Shown here: positions 1 to 9,637 of the stretch, in pieces
How positions within the stretch are numbered: position 1 is the first letter of the stretch
Layout: each line of letters begins with the position of its first letter
DNA from: Thermomicrobiales bacterium
GTDB taxonomy: Bacteria > Chloroflexota > Chloroflexia > Thermomicrobiales > UBA6265
Direction: 5' to 3'
DNA length: 42,930 nt
Assembly: GCA_037721765.1 (NCBI GenBank)
Contig: JBBJOE010000003.1
Location: 1 to 42,930, forward strand
Translations under genes and position numbers: made by a program
The notes under the pieces: model-generated
What the model saw: only the letters and a program-made list of their open reading frames with translations
What the model was told of the DNA's origin: nothing
Databases searched by the model: none

Positions 1-128
1 CACCCTCACCCCCGAAACGCCCCGGGTCACCTCCAGCTTGTCAACGTCGGATGGCGCCCGGCACCCGATCCCGGTCGGATCCTTCGTCTCGGTGCCGTCT
101 CGTGGCCCCCGTTCCCGAGGGCTCACGT

Positions 129-157
129 AGGATACGGTCCGGGTGTCGGGGTGTCAA
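129..157 (-). promoter_or_regulatory. sigma70-type promoter for a gene left of the window
   Basis: Minus strand TTGACA (157-152), 17-nt spacer, TATCCT (134-129). Confidence 0.6.
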
Positions 158-299
158 GGGATTTCGGGGCCCCACGTCACGGTTCGTTCATCATTGCCGG
201 ACCCGGTGTAGGATGCGTCCAGCCAGCAGTACGGACATCACCCCCCGACGTGCGGGATTCGGGGGACAAGCCTTCACCACCGAGTCCAGGAGGTGCCGG

Positions 300-1049
300 A
301 TGCCAGACCGCCCCATGATTGGGATCACGCCGTCGCCCGCGATCGAACGGGCCCCCCACGGCACATTCGAACGCTACGCCATGGCGACGACCTACGTCGA
401 TGCCGTCATCGCGGCTGGCGGGATCCCGATCGTCCTACCACCGCAGGCCGACCATGCCGCCGAAATCGTGGCCAGGCTGGACGGCCTTATGCTGAGTGGT
501 GGGAGCGATGTCGCTCCCGAGCGCTACGGCGAGAAGGTGGTCCACCCTGCCACCTATGGTGTGCATCCCTTGCGAGACCAGTTCGAACTCGATCTGGTCG
601 CCGCGGCCCACGAGCGCGACATGCCGATCCTCGCCATTTGCCGGGGGATCCAGCTGCTCAACGTGGCCTACGGTGGCACCCTCCACCAAGACGTGCCGAC
701 CAGTGGTCTCGCGTCGCTCGCGCATGGCCAAGACGAGACAGGTTTGGGGAAGGACGACATCGGACACGACGTGGCGTTGATCGGGGTATCGCCGCTCAAC
801 CAGGTCTATGGTCGGGACGTGGTCGGCGTCAATTCGTTTCATCACCAGGCGCTCGATAGGGTCGGAGATGGTCTGCGCGTCATCGCCCGGGCCACCGACG
901 ACACGATTGAGGCCGTGACCGACGACAGTCGATCGTTCGTGGTCGGTGTGCAATGGCACCCGGAGATGCTCTTCCGGCGCCACCCCGTCCACTTAGGTCT
1001 GTTCCGCGCCTTCGTCGAAGCCACGAACCGGATCCCCAGTCTGACCTGA
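300..1049 (+). CDS. gamma-glutamyl-gamma-aminobutyrate hydrolase family (PuuD-like, peptidase C26 / class I glutamine amidotransferase)
   Basis: Motifs GGSDV, AICRG (catalytic Cys), VNSFHHQA, GVQWHPE; AGGAGG just upstream of ATG at 300. Confidence 0.9.
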   Translation: MPDRPMIGITPSPAIERAPHGTFERYAMATTYVDAVIAAGGIPIVLPPQADHAAEIVARLDGLMLSGGSDVAPERYGEKVVHPATYGVHPLRDQFELDLVAAAHERDMPILAICRGIQLLNVAYGGTLHQDVPTSGLASLAHGQDETGLGKDDIGHDVALIGVSPLNQVYGRDVVGVNSFHHQALDRVGDGLRVIARATDDTIEAVTDDSRSFVVGVQWHPEMLFRRHPVHLGLFRAFVEATNRIPSLT

Positions 1050-1194
1050 CCGACTACCTGGATTCCTACCACACCTTATCCGTGCGGACGTCTGGGGGCG
1101 GCTCGATCACTCGAGACCGCCCCTTTCGTCCGCATCGGATGTCATGCGTGCCGGGGCCGATCTCGCCGGCGACCCGCCCCGACCCGATCCAGAC

Positions 1195-3834
1195 CTACGC
1201 GCTCACCTGGGCAGGGATGCGCCCCTTCCCCGGCGTGTGGGGCGGCACCACCACCGGCTCCGGCTTGGCCAGCCCCGCCCGCAATTGGGGAAGGGCCTCG
1301 GCTAGGACCTCGTCGATCGTGGTCGCCAGGACGAACCGCATCTCGGCCTTCAGCGGCTCGGGTAGATCGTCCAGGTCCACCTCGTTCCGCCGGGGCAGGA
1401 CGAACGTGGTCACCCCGGCCCGCCGGGCCGCGAGGGCCTTCTCCTTGATGCCCCCGACCGGCAGGACCTGCCCCCGCAAGGTGATCTCGCCCGTCATCGC
1501 CACGTCCTCACGGACCGGGATCCCGGAGAGGAGCGACACCAGGGCGGTCGTCATCGCCACACCCGCCGACGGGCCGTCCTTGGGGATCGCGCCCGCCGGG
1601 ACGTGCAGGTGGATATCCGACTTCTCGAAGAAGGCTGGGTCGATGTTGAGATCCCCCGCCCGCGACCGGACGTAGGATAGCGCCGCCTGGGCAGACTCCC
1701 GCATCACGTCACCTAACTGGCCAGTGACGGTCATCGTGCCCTTGCCGGCCATCCGGCTCGCCTCCAGGAACATGATGTCGCCACCGACGCTGGAGACGCC
1801 GACCCCGATCGAGACGCCCGGCTGGGCCGTCCGCGCCGCCAACTCTTCATACTGGAATCGCGCCCGGCCCAGGTACTCTCGCACCTGCTCTGGCCCGATC
1901 GTCGGGCTGACATCGCGGCCCTCGGCAACCCGCGTCGCGATCTTGCGGCAGAGGGTGCCGATCTCCCGCTCCAGGTTGCGGACCCCGGCCTCCCGGGTAT
2001 GCCCCCGGATCACGATGAAGAGACCCGGCTCGTCGAACTCGAACCGGTCCAGTGGCAAGCCGTGCGCCTTCAACTGCTTCGGGATCAGGTAGCGCCGGGC
2101 GATCTGCAGCTTGTCTTCGTCGGTGTACCCGTTGAGGTCGATGATCTCCATCCGGTCCCGCAGGGGAGCCGGGATCGGGTCGAGCAGGTTCGCCGTGGCG
2201 ATGAACATCACCTTCGACAGGTCGAATTCGACGTCGAGATAGTGGTCCCGGAACGTGCCATTCTGCTCCGGGTCGAGGACCTCCAGCAGCGCCGAGGACG
2301 GATCGCCCCGCCAGTCGTTGCCGATCTTGTCGACCTCGTCCAGCACGAACACGGGGTCATTGGTGCCGGCCCGGCGGATAGCCTGGACGATCCGGCCCGG
2401 CATCGCGCCGACGTACGTCCGCCGGTGACCGCGGATCTCGGCCTCGTCGCGGACGCCGCCGAGCGACATCCGGGTCATCTCCCGGCCGAGCGAGCGGGCG
2501 ATCGATTGGGCCAGGCTGGTCTTGCCGACGCCCGGGGGACCCACGAAGCACAGGATCGGCTCGCGGCTCGGGATCGGCTCGTCCCCTTCCCCGGCTTCCC
2601 GGTGCATGTCCTGCTTGAGCTTCCGGACCGCCAGGTACTCCAGCACCCGGTCCTTGATCCGGTCCAGACCGTAATGGTCCGCCTCCAGAATCTGGCGCGC
2701 CTTGGCGACGTCGATCTCGCCTTCGCTGCTCGTCTGCCACGGCAACGCCGTCAACCAGTCGAGGTAGGTCTTGATCACCCCGTACTCGGCGGCGGCCGTC
2801 GGCAGCTTACTGAGCCGGTCCAGCTCGCGCCGGGCTTCCCGGGCAGCCTCCTCCGGCATGTTGGCCTCGTCGATCTTGGTCCGGAGCTGGGACAGCTCCG
2901 CCTCGGTCTCGTCGCCTTCGCCTAACTCGCGTTGGATGGCCTTCAACTGCTCGCGCAGGTAGTACTCCCGCTGCGACTTGCCCAATTCCTCTTGCACGTC
3001 CGACTGGATCTTCTTGCCCAGTTCGAGGACGTCGAGTTCCTTGGCGATGAAGGCGTTGAGCTGGGTCAACTTCTCGTGGATCGAGTCCAACTCCAGCAAC
3101 GACTGGCGCTCGGCCGACTCCATCCGCAGGTTGGTGGCGACCAGGTAGACCAGGTGCCGCGGGTCCTCCACATTCAAGGCGGCAGTCACCAATTCGTCCG
3201 GGAGGTGCGAGACCAGCGACACCAACCTTTGGAACAGTTCGACGGTGTTCCGGGTCAGCGCTTCGATTTCGACCGATGTCTCCGTGTTCTCCGAGAAGGG
3301 CACGACGATGGCGCGGAGAAACGGCTCCTCCTGGGTGAAGCGCTCGATCCGCATCCGCTCGACGCCCTGGATGGCCAACCGGACCGACCCGTCAGGAACC
3401 CGCATCATCTGGTGGATCGTGGCGATGGTCCCGATCCGCAGCACGTCGTCCGGGCCCGCGCCTTCTTGCTCGTCGTCCTTCTGGAGGACCAGCGCGACCC
3501 GGCGGTCACCGGACATCACATGGTCGATCAACCGCAGCGAGCGGGCCTGGGCCGCGGCCAGCGGGACCACCGTCTGGGGGAACACTACCGTGCCCCGCAG
3601 CGGCAGGACTGGCAGATCCTCCTCGACCGGCGCGTCACCCGCTACCGGCGATGCGGTCTCGACCCCGTCCGGGGTCATCTCGCCCGTCGGGTCGGTGGTC
3701 TGGATATCCCGTGGCGCATCCGTATCCGTGGTCCTTTCTGCTTTGGCGTTGGCGTCATCGGTCGTCTGGTCGTTCGTTGCCGAACGGTCGTCCTCATCGG
3801 GATCGGGGGCGTCACGTCGCGTTTCATCGTCCAT
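1195..3834 (-). CDS. lon: ATP-dependent Lon protease
   Basis: N-domain LPVLPLRGTVVFP, Walker A GPPGVGKT, Walker B FVLDEVDK, PKDGPSAG catalytic Ser, GGIKEK. Confidence 0.97.
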   Translation of the reverse strand: MDDETRRDAPDPDEDDRSATNDQTTDDANAKAERTTDTDAPRDIQTTDPTGEMTPDGVETASPVAGDAPVEEDLPVLPLRGTVVFPQTVVPLAAAQARSLRLIDHVMSGDRRVALVLQKDDEQEGAGPDDVLRIGTIATIHQMMRVPDGSVRLAIQGVERMRIERFTQEEPFLRAIVVPFSENTETSVEIEALTRNTVELFQRLVSLVSHLPDELVTAALNVEDPRHLVYLVATNLRMESAERQSLLELDSIHEKLTQLNAFIAKELDVLELGKKIQSDVQEELGKSQREYYLREQLKAIQRELGEGDETEAELSQLRTKIDEANMPEEAAREARRELDRLSKLPTAAAEYGVIKTYLDWLTALPWQTSSEGEIDVAKARQILEADHYGLDRIKDRVLEYLAVRKLKQDMHREAGEGDEPIPSREPILCFVGPPGVGKTSLAQSIARSLGREMTRMSLGGVRDEAEIRGHRRTYVGAMPGRIVQAIRRAGTNDPVFVLDEVDKIGNDWRGDPSSALLEVLDPEQNGTFRDHYLDVEFDLSKVMFIATANLLDPIPAPLRDRMEIIDLNGYTDEDKLQIARRYLIPKQLKAHGLPLDRFEFDEPGLFIVIRGHTREAGVRNLEREIGTLCRKIATRVAEGRDVSPTIGPEQVREYLGRARFQYEELAARTAQPGVSIGVGVSSVGGDIMFLEASRMAGKGTMTVTGQLGDVMRESAQAALSYVRSRAGDLNIDPAFFEKSDIHLHVPAGAIPKDGPSAGVAMTTALVSLLSGIPVREDVAMTGEITLRGQVLPVGGIKEKALAARRAGVTTFVLPRRNEVDLDDLPEPLKAEMRFVLATTIDEVLAEALPQLRAGLAKPEPVVVPPHTPGKGRIPAQVSA

Positions 3835-3837
3835 GGG

Positions 3838-4323
3838 CTAAGCCCCTCCGTCCTGGTCTCGAATGCCCGCGGTGACCACCACCTCGCCAGCGCGCCGGGC
3901 CACGATGGCGCGGGCGGCTTGGCGGGGCAAGATGATCTCCAGGAATCCGTCACGGTACTCGGCATCGGCCCGGTCGAGGTCAATCGGGAAGGGCAGGAAG
4001 ACATCGGCCCCGAACGCCCCGTAAACGACGTGCGCCTCGTGGTACGACCGGCGCTCGGCATGGGGCCGGTCCGGTCGCTCGCCATAGATGGAGAGCCTAT
4101 CCCCCTCGACCCCGACTTCAAGCCGCTCCTGGTCCATTCCCGCGATCTCCGCCCGGACGACCAGGGACTGATCGGTCTCGAAGACCTCCAGCGGCGGCCG
4201 CCAAACGCTCGACACCCCGGCCGCGAAGGCCGGTCGGCCCGGGATCAGGGCCCGGAAGACCTCTTCCATTTCTCGTTGGACCCGCAATGGATCGCGACCG
4301 CGCACCCGCTTCACCACATACAT
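3838..4323 (-). CDS. Hsp20/alpha-crystallin small heat shock protein
   Basis: WRPPLEVFET, AEIAG, YGAF, AEYRDGFLEI; GGAGGAGG RBS; 3 nt from the lon start. Confidence 0.9.
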   Translation of the reverse strand: MYVVKRVRGRDPLRVQREMEEVFRALIPGRPAFAAGVSSVWRPPLEVFETDQSLVVRAEIAGMDQERLEVGVEGDRLSIYGERPDRPHAERRSYHEAHVVYGAFGADVFLPFPIDLDRADAEYRDGFLEIILPRQAARAIVARRAGEVVVTAGIRDQDGGA

Positions 4324-4452
4324 GTCGCCTCCTCCACACCGGCCGGTCGAGAGCGCCGTCTCGGGTCAACGGCCGCCATGGCGGGCCACTGGCCCCGTCG
4401 TGGGCGGACTCAATCGCGTGTCGCCACGCGTCTGTCCGGCCAACGTGAGTGT

Positions 4453-4458
4453 ATTATA
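4453..4458 (-). promoter_or_regulatory. probable -10 element of hsp20-lon
   Basis: TATAAT on the minus strand in an AT-richer intergenic patch; no clear -35. Confidence 0.5.
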
Positions 4459-4547
4459 CACCCTCGATCCGGAAGTCTGCTACGTGCCGTATAAACTATC
4501 CTCAAGAAAGCAACCTGGACTGGGAGGGTTCTGTCTCCGGACTCGGC

Positions 4548-4578
4548 GAGACCGCCCCCGGAATCCGGGGGCGGTCTC
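4548..4578 (-). terminator. GC-rich hairpin downstream of the UbiA-family gene
   Basis: Perfect 15-bp inverted repeat GAGACCGCCCCCGGA-a-TCCGGGGGCGGTCTC; no U-tract. Confidence 0.65.
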
Positions 4579-4638
4579 CGCATCGACAGGCATTCGACAC
4601 GAGCGGGGCGTGGACCGGGGCCGGGGAGAGCGCCCCTC

Positions 4639-5625
4639 TCAGGACCAGAGGTACAGGATGATGGCACTGCAGAGTGCCCAGCCGATCACGCTGCCGAGCA
4701 GGGGTCGATCGACGAACATGAGCGATTCGGGACTGCCGCCGAGTTGGAGGCGGTAGATCAGGTAGAGATACCGGAAGACACCGTAGATCACGAACGGCAG
4801 GGTCAGCATCATCATTTGGTTATCGGGGACGGCCGCGGCGTCGAACGTGTAGAGGGCGTAGGCCATCACGGTCGACGCGGCGACGATGGCGATGAACTGG
4901 TCCAGGAGGGGGATGGAGTAGGCATCGAGATTGGCCCGGTGGGCGGACGCGTTCTCGCCCAACAACCCCAGTTCGTGGCGCCGCTTGCCGAACCCGATCA
5001 ACAGGGCCGCGAGCATCGTGCAGACATAGAGCCAGGGAGAGATCGGCACGTCGATCGCGACCGCTCCACCCGCCGCCCGCAGGACGAAGCCGGCCGCGAT
5101 GGCGAAGACGTCCAGGATCACCATCCGCTTCAGGCCGCCGGAATAGGCAACCATCAACGCGCCATAGGCGGCGATCACCAGACCGAACTGCCACGCGATG
5201 GCGAAGCTCAACCCCAGACTGGCCACCATCAAGACACCGGAGAGACCCAGCGCGAACCGGGGCGCCACCTCGCCGGCGGCGATCGGCCGGAACCGCTTTC
5301 GGGGGTGCATCCGGTCGCTCTCGACATCCCGGACATCGTTGATCAGGTAGATCGAGCTGGCGACGCAACAGAAGGCGACCACGGCGGCGGCGGCGAGGAG
5401 CAGTCGATCGATCTCGAAGAGGCGCCGGTCGAAGACCAGCGCCGCCAGAACTACCCCGTTCTTGATCCACTGCGCCGGCCGCAGGGCCCGGAGCACGGGG
5501 ACGACACGAAATGCCGGCGGCGCCGGAACCGGAGCGGTCAACGCCGCGGGGTCGACGACCCCCCCACCGGGACGCGTGCGCCCGGGGCCACGACGGGTCG
5601 GTGCGGTGATGGGAGTCTTGGCCAT
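4639..5625 (-). CDS. UbiA prenyltransferase family, decaprenyl-phosphate phosphoribosyltransferase-like
   Basis: LRPAQWIKN, YLINDVRDVESDRMHPRKRFRPIAAG, GKRRHE, YGVFRY; multiple TM segments. Confidence 0.88.
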   Translation of the reverse strand: MAKTPITAPTRRGPGRTRPGGGVVDPAALTAPVPAPPAFRVVPVLRALRPAQWIKNGVVLAALVFDRRLFEIDRLLLAAAAVVAFCCVASSIYLINDVRDVESDRMHPRKRFRPIAAGEVAPRFALGLSGVLMVASLGLSFAIAWQFGLVIAAYGALMVAYSGGLKRMVILDVFAIAAGFVLRAAGGAVAIDVPISPWLYVCTMLAALLIGFGKRRHELGLLGENASAHRANLDAYSIPLLDQFIAIVAASTVMAYALYTFDAAAVPDNQMMMLTLPFVIYGVFRYLYLIYRLQLGGSPESLMFVDRPLLGSVIGWALCSAIILYLWS

Positions 5626-5637
5626 CGGATGGGTCGC

Positions 5638-7506
5638 CTAGCTCGCGGGATCGGGGAACGCATCGACCGAGTATTCGTTGGCGGCGTTCCAGAGGAGCCA
5701 GCCACTTGCGCCGAACTCCTCGGTCGCCCGGATCTGGGCCGCCACGTCCTCGGTGGTATACGCCCGCCGGGTCTCGTCCTCTTGGGAGAAATCCTGAAGC
5801 CACGGCCTCTGCTTTTGCGCCGTGCCAGGGATTAACTCCTCACCGCGCTCCAGCGTCTCCAGCACCGTCTCGTAGGGAAAGTTGTTCGGGTGACCGTCGG
5901 CCGCGTTGATATTCCCTTCCACGTAGTGGGAGGGGTAGATCATCAGGCAAATGTAATCGACCAGGGGCGCGATCTGGACGAGTCGCTGGCCGATACCCTG
6001 ATCGTTGTCCTGCAACGCGATCATCGCGAAGAGGTCGGCGGCCAGCTTCACCCCGGTCGGGCGGATCCGTTCCGAACTCCGCTCGAAAAACCCGGTGATG
6101 GCTCCCTCTCGCGCGGCTTGGCTGTAGTCGGGCCCGAAGTTGGCCGTCGTCAGATCCCCGTCGGAGGGGAAGCGGACGTAGTCGTACTGGACCTCGTCGA
6201 AGCCGAGCCCGCCGAGTTCGAGGGCCAACTCGATGTTGGCGTCCCATAACTCTTCATAAAAAGCATTCACCCAGGCGGCGTCGTTGTAGTCGCGCCAGGA
6301 TCCACCGGTCACGTCGTCGCCGACCGCGAGGTCGGGTCGGGCCTCGGCGACGATCGGGTCCTTGAAGACCACCATCCGGGCGATGGTGTAGATGTCGTGG
6401 GCCCGCAACGTGGCTAACAGTTCGGCGGGATCGTACAGCGGGGAGACCATCCCCTCGATGTCCCGGAAGAACGGCACCTGGGTGTCGTAGAAGATGGTGT
6501 CCTGCTTGACATCGACGACGAGGGCATTCGCCGCCGTGGTGTCGATCAGCTCGATCAGGCGATCGACCTCGGCCGGGTCGGCAAGGGTGAACTGGTTGGC
6601 GTAGAGCGCCCGGATCGTGGTCTGCTCCAAGGTGGCGTTGACGATCCGGTCGGCCGCGATCGGCGCGGTCACGTCGCCATACCCGGAGGCGGAGACCAGG
6701 ACCTCGGAGGCGTCTCCTGCCCCGGTCAGGCGATACCGGCCCTCGGCGTCGGTCACGGCCGTCACCGGGCCGGCGTGGACGACGGCGCCCTCGAGCGGTT
6801 CGCCGCCGGTCGCCAGGACCTGTCCGACCACCACGGTCTTCCGCATCGTCACGGTCATCGCCGTCTGTTCGCCGACCTGCTGCTCGACGATGCCGTGGTC
6901 CCCGGCGTCGATCGAGAGGATCGCCCCCCGCGGGACACCCTCGACCCGGAATGAACCGTCCGCCGCGCTCGACGTGGTCTGGCCCGTGCCCTTCAGGGTG
7001 ACGGTGGCCCCGGCGATCGCCTGGCCGCTCCCCTCATCGACGAGCATGCCATCGACGTAGGCCGGTCGTAGGGCGACCCGGATCGCCCCGTCGTCGGACC
7101 CTGGCACCTGAGCGTTGGCGACGGTGTAGCCCGCCATCGAGGCCGACAGTGCCATCGCCTCACCGGAGCGTGCGAGCCGGACCTGGCCGGTGTCGTCCGT
7201 CGTCCCCGTCACCGCCCCGAGGGAGACGCTGGCATTGGGAAGCGCGTTGCCGGTGTATTCGTCGACGACGAAGACGATGGCCCGGCTCTCGCCCTCGGCG
7301 CCCCGTAGGGCCGCCGCCGCCGCCAGAACCAGGATTGGCGCCAAGATCAGGAGGCTATACCACCAGCTCACCGCGTTCCATGGTCGGGTCCGCGATTCCG
7401 GCGCGACCCGGGCCCGTGCACCCGCTCGGCGGGCATTTCGCCGGTCGGCCAGAGCCCGGCGAGTCACGATGGTCTCGGTGGCCACCTGGGAGTCGGCTGA
7501 CATCAA
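5638..7506 (-). CDS. membrane-anchored putative glycoside hydrolase (DUF4015-type) with N-terminal carboxypeptidase-regulatory-like repeats
   Basis: One N-terminal TM; three G-x-P-L-x-GA-x-V...T-TD-x-x-G repeats; C-terminal VVDVK, ARMVVFKD, GFDEVQYDYVRFP, MIYPSH, RPWLQDF, GWLLWN. Confidence 0.8.
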   Translation of the reverse strand: MMSADSQVATETIVTRRALADRRNARRAGARARVAPESRTRPWNAVSWWYSLLILAPILVLAAAAALRGAEGESRAIVFVVDEYTGNALPNASVSLGAVTGTTDDTGQVRLARSGEAMALSASMAGYTVANAQVPGSDDGAIRVALRPAYVDGMLVDEGSGQAIAGATVTLKGTGQTTSSAADGSFRVEGVPRGAILSIDAGDHGIVEQQVGEQTAMTVTMRKTVVVGQVLATGGEPLEGAVVHAGPVTAVTDAEGRYRLTGAGDASEVLVSASGYGDVTAPIAADRIVNATLEQTTIRALYANQFTLADPAEVDRLIELIDTTAANALVVDVKQDTIFYDTQVPFFRDIEGMVSPLYDPAELLATLRAHDIYTIARMVVFKDPIVAEARPDLAVGDDVTGGSWRDYNDAAWVNAFYEELWDANIELALELGGLGFDEVQYDYVRFPSDGDLTTANFGPDYSQAAREGAITGFFERSSERIRPTGVKLAADLFAMIALQDNDQGIGQRLVQIAPLVDYICLMIYPSHYVEGNINAADGHPNNFPYETVLETLERGEELIPGTAQKQRPWLQDFSQEDETRRAYTTEDVAAQIRATEEFGASGWLLWNAANEYSVDAFPDPAS

Positions 7507-7674
7507 TGGCTATCCATGGTCGTGCCGCGAAGGTATCGACGGGGCGACATCGTCCAGCGCGGGAGTCGGGCGCGGCGCGGGAGAGATTGAGTTCGCGGGT
7601 AACCGCGGGTCGGAGGGCGTCCGGACGAACGTGATTCGAGTGTAGCATACGGTGCCGGGGGCACCGGACCGTGA

Positions 7675-7704
7675 TTGACAGGGCCGCGTGACGACGCGGA
7701 TAAT
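7675..7704 (+). promoter_or_regulatory. sigma70-type promoter of the polyprenyl synthase
   Basis: TTGACA (7675-7680), 18-nt spacer, GATAAT (7699-7704). Confidence 0.5.
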
Positions 7705-7756
7705 CCGGGGGTCCGTACCGATTTTCACAATCGGTCTCCGGAGCGGTCGCTAGCCG

Positions 7757-8767
7757 TTGGGATCAGACCGCGTGACGTCATCCGTGCGTGACATCCAGGA
7801 CGTCTTCACACGGGTCGCCGGCGATCTCGGCCGCGTGGACGACCGGGTCATGCGGGCCGGTTCGGTCCCGTACCCGCTCGTCGCGTCCCTCCTGAGCGAC
7901 ATCGTCGCCGCCCGGGGCAAGCGTCTGCGGCCGCTCCTCCTGATCCTCGCCAACCGGGCCTTTTGTCCCTCCTCGGACCGGGTCATCCCGGCCGCCGCCG
8001 GGGTGGAATTGCTCCACATCGCCTCGCTGATCCACGATGACAGTATCGACCACGCGGCGCTCCGGCGGGGTCAGCCGACCCTGAATTCGTCCCTGAGCTC
8101 GGGTGCCGTGATCTTGGTAGGGGATTACCTCTTCGCCCAGTCGGCCATCCTGGCCGCCGAGACGGGAATCCCCCGCATCGTCTCGATCTTCGCCTCGACG
8201 CTCGGCGACATCTGCGACGGTCAGCTCCGAGAGATGTTCGACGCCCACCGTCTCGAACAGACCCGGGAGGACTACACCCAACGCATCTATGGCAAAACCG
8301 CGTCGCTCTTCGCTGGCGCCGCCGAGATGGGCGCCTACCTCGGTGAGGCGGATGACGACGGCCTATCCCGGCTGCGCGATTTCGGGATGCACATGGGCCT
8401 GGCATACCAGATCATCGATGACGTTCTCGATTTTCGGGCCAGTGAAGACATGCTTGGCAAACCTGCCGGCAACGACCTCCGCGAGGGGGTCGTCACGCTA
8501 CCGACCATGATCTTCGCCGAATCGCTCCCTTCCGGGACGTCCGACCGGCAGACCCTGCTCGACGTGATCGGCGGCCAGGAGTCCGACCGCGCCTCCATCG
8601 ACCGGCTGGTGTCCCGCATCCGGGCGTCGGGTGCGCTGGACGAGGCCACCACCGAGGCCGAGCGCCAGATCGACCACGCCAAGTCGGAGATCGCCCTGTT
8701 GGACCGGGGAGACGTGGCCGAGATGCTCGGCGAATTGGCCGACTTCGTCCTCAGCCGGTCGTCCTGA
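7757..8767 (+). CDS. polyprenyl diphosphate synthase (trans-IPPS, HepT/IspB-like)
   Basis: GKRLRP, first Asp-rich HDDSID..RRG, GKTA, second Asp-rich QIIDDVLD, GKPAGNDLREG; start may be GTG 7772. Confidence 0.92.
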   Translation: MGSDRVTSSVRDIQDVFTRVAGDLGRVDDRVMRAGSVPYPLVASLLSDIVAARGKRLRPLLLILANRAFCPSSDRVIPAAAGVELLHIASLIHDDSIDHAALRRGQPTLNSSLSSGAVILVGDYLFAQSAILAAETGIPRIVSIFASTLGDICDGQLREMFDAHRLEQTREDYTQRIYGKTASLFAGAAEMGAYLGEADDDGLSRLRDFGMHMGLAYQIIDDVLDFRASEDMLGKPAGNDLREGVVTLPTMIFAESLPSGTSDRQTLLDVIGGQESDRASIDRLVSRIRASGALDEATTEAERQIDHAKSEIALLDRGDVAEMLGELADFVLSRSS

Positions 8768-8886
8768 GGTAGATAGGTCCAGTTGCGGGCACCAGCGGGT
8801 CCGGAACGAGGGCGGGCGAGTCCACGGGCAAGGGAATACTGCCCGATGTCAGATTCGCCGCCCCTCACGTATGAGATCACCGGAGG

Positions 8887-9606
8887 TCAGGGCGCGGGTG
8901 TCGCCTCCGGAGTGCCGGGGTCGGTACCCGAGATCACCTCGACATCGTCGATTAACCAGGTATCCCTTGACACGGTGAAGGTGACGAAGAACGCGACCGG
9001 TTGAGCCACTCCCTCGACGACCGGTTCGAGGATCGCGGCCACTCGCCCGTCGTTCAGCAGCCTGGCATTCCGGATCGGGATCATCGCCACCTGCTGCGCC
9101 GCGTCGATGTCTTCGACGTTGATCGGGACGGGGAACCGCTCCTCCAGCGTGGCCTGCACGTCCGCACCCGGCGTCTCCCCGTCGACCTGCGCCTGGAGAC
9201 CGAGGGCCGCCCCGGCGAGTGCGATCTGAAAGTCCGGGGACAGCAGCGCCACGATCCGAAACAGGTCGCGGGCGTTGGCGCAGGAGACCAACTGACGGGT
9301 CGCTGCCGTGATTCCGGCGACCTCGTCCTCATTCGCGGCCGGTCCCGTGGGCAGGTCTGCCTCGGCGATTGGCTCCCGGGTCAACAGGTCGTCCTCGCTG
9401 GGGTTCCCCGTCAGCAAGGTGATGAGGTCGCCGGTCTCGACCGGCTCGACGACGCATTCGGACGCCGCCGGGATGTCCGCGGGTGCCGTCGGTGTCGCCC
9501 CCTGCCGCGCCAATGTCCCGCCGGCGGCGGTGGTCGCCACCAACGCGACGCTCACCACGACGACCGCGACGACCCGTCCCCATCCTGTCCCGAACGTGTT
9601 CTGCAT
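8887..9606 (-). CDS. exported hypothetical protein
   Basis: Signal-peptide-like N-terminus, acidic body, two Cys, ATPxA motifs at both ends; GGAG RBS. Confidence 0.75.
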   Translation of the reverse strand: MQNTFGTGWGRVVAVVVVSVALVATTAAGGTLARQGATPTAPADIPAASECVVEPVETGDLITLLTGNPSEDDLLTREPIAEADLPTGPAANEDEVAGITAATRQLVSCANARDLFRIVALLSPDFQIALAGAALGLQAQVDGETPGADVQATLEERFPVPINVEDIDAAQQVAMIPIRNARLLNDGRVAAILEPVVEGVAQPVAFFVTFTVSRDTWLIDDVEVISGTDPGTPEATPAP

Positions 9607-9637
9607 CCCGGTGATTCTCCCCGATGTCGGCGTAGGG

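Noticed and set aside
4400-4510. HspR (HAIR) or CIRCE operator before hsp20-lon
   Set aside because: Only isolated TTGAG half-sites; no correctly spaced inverted repeat
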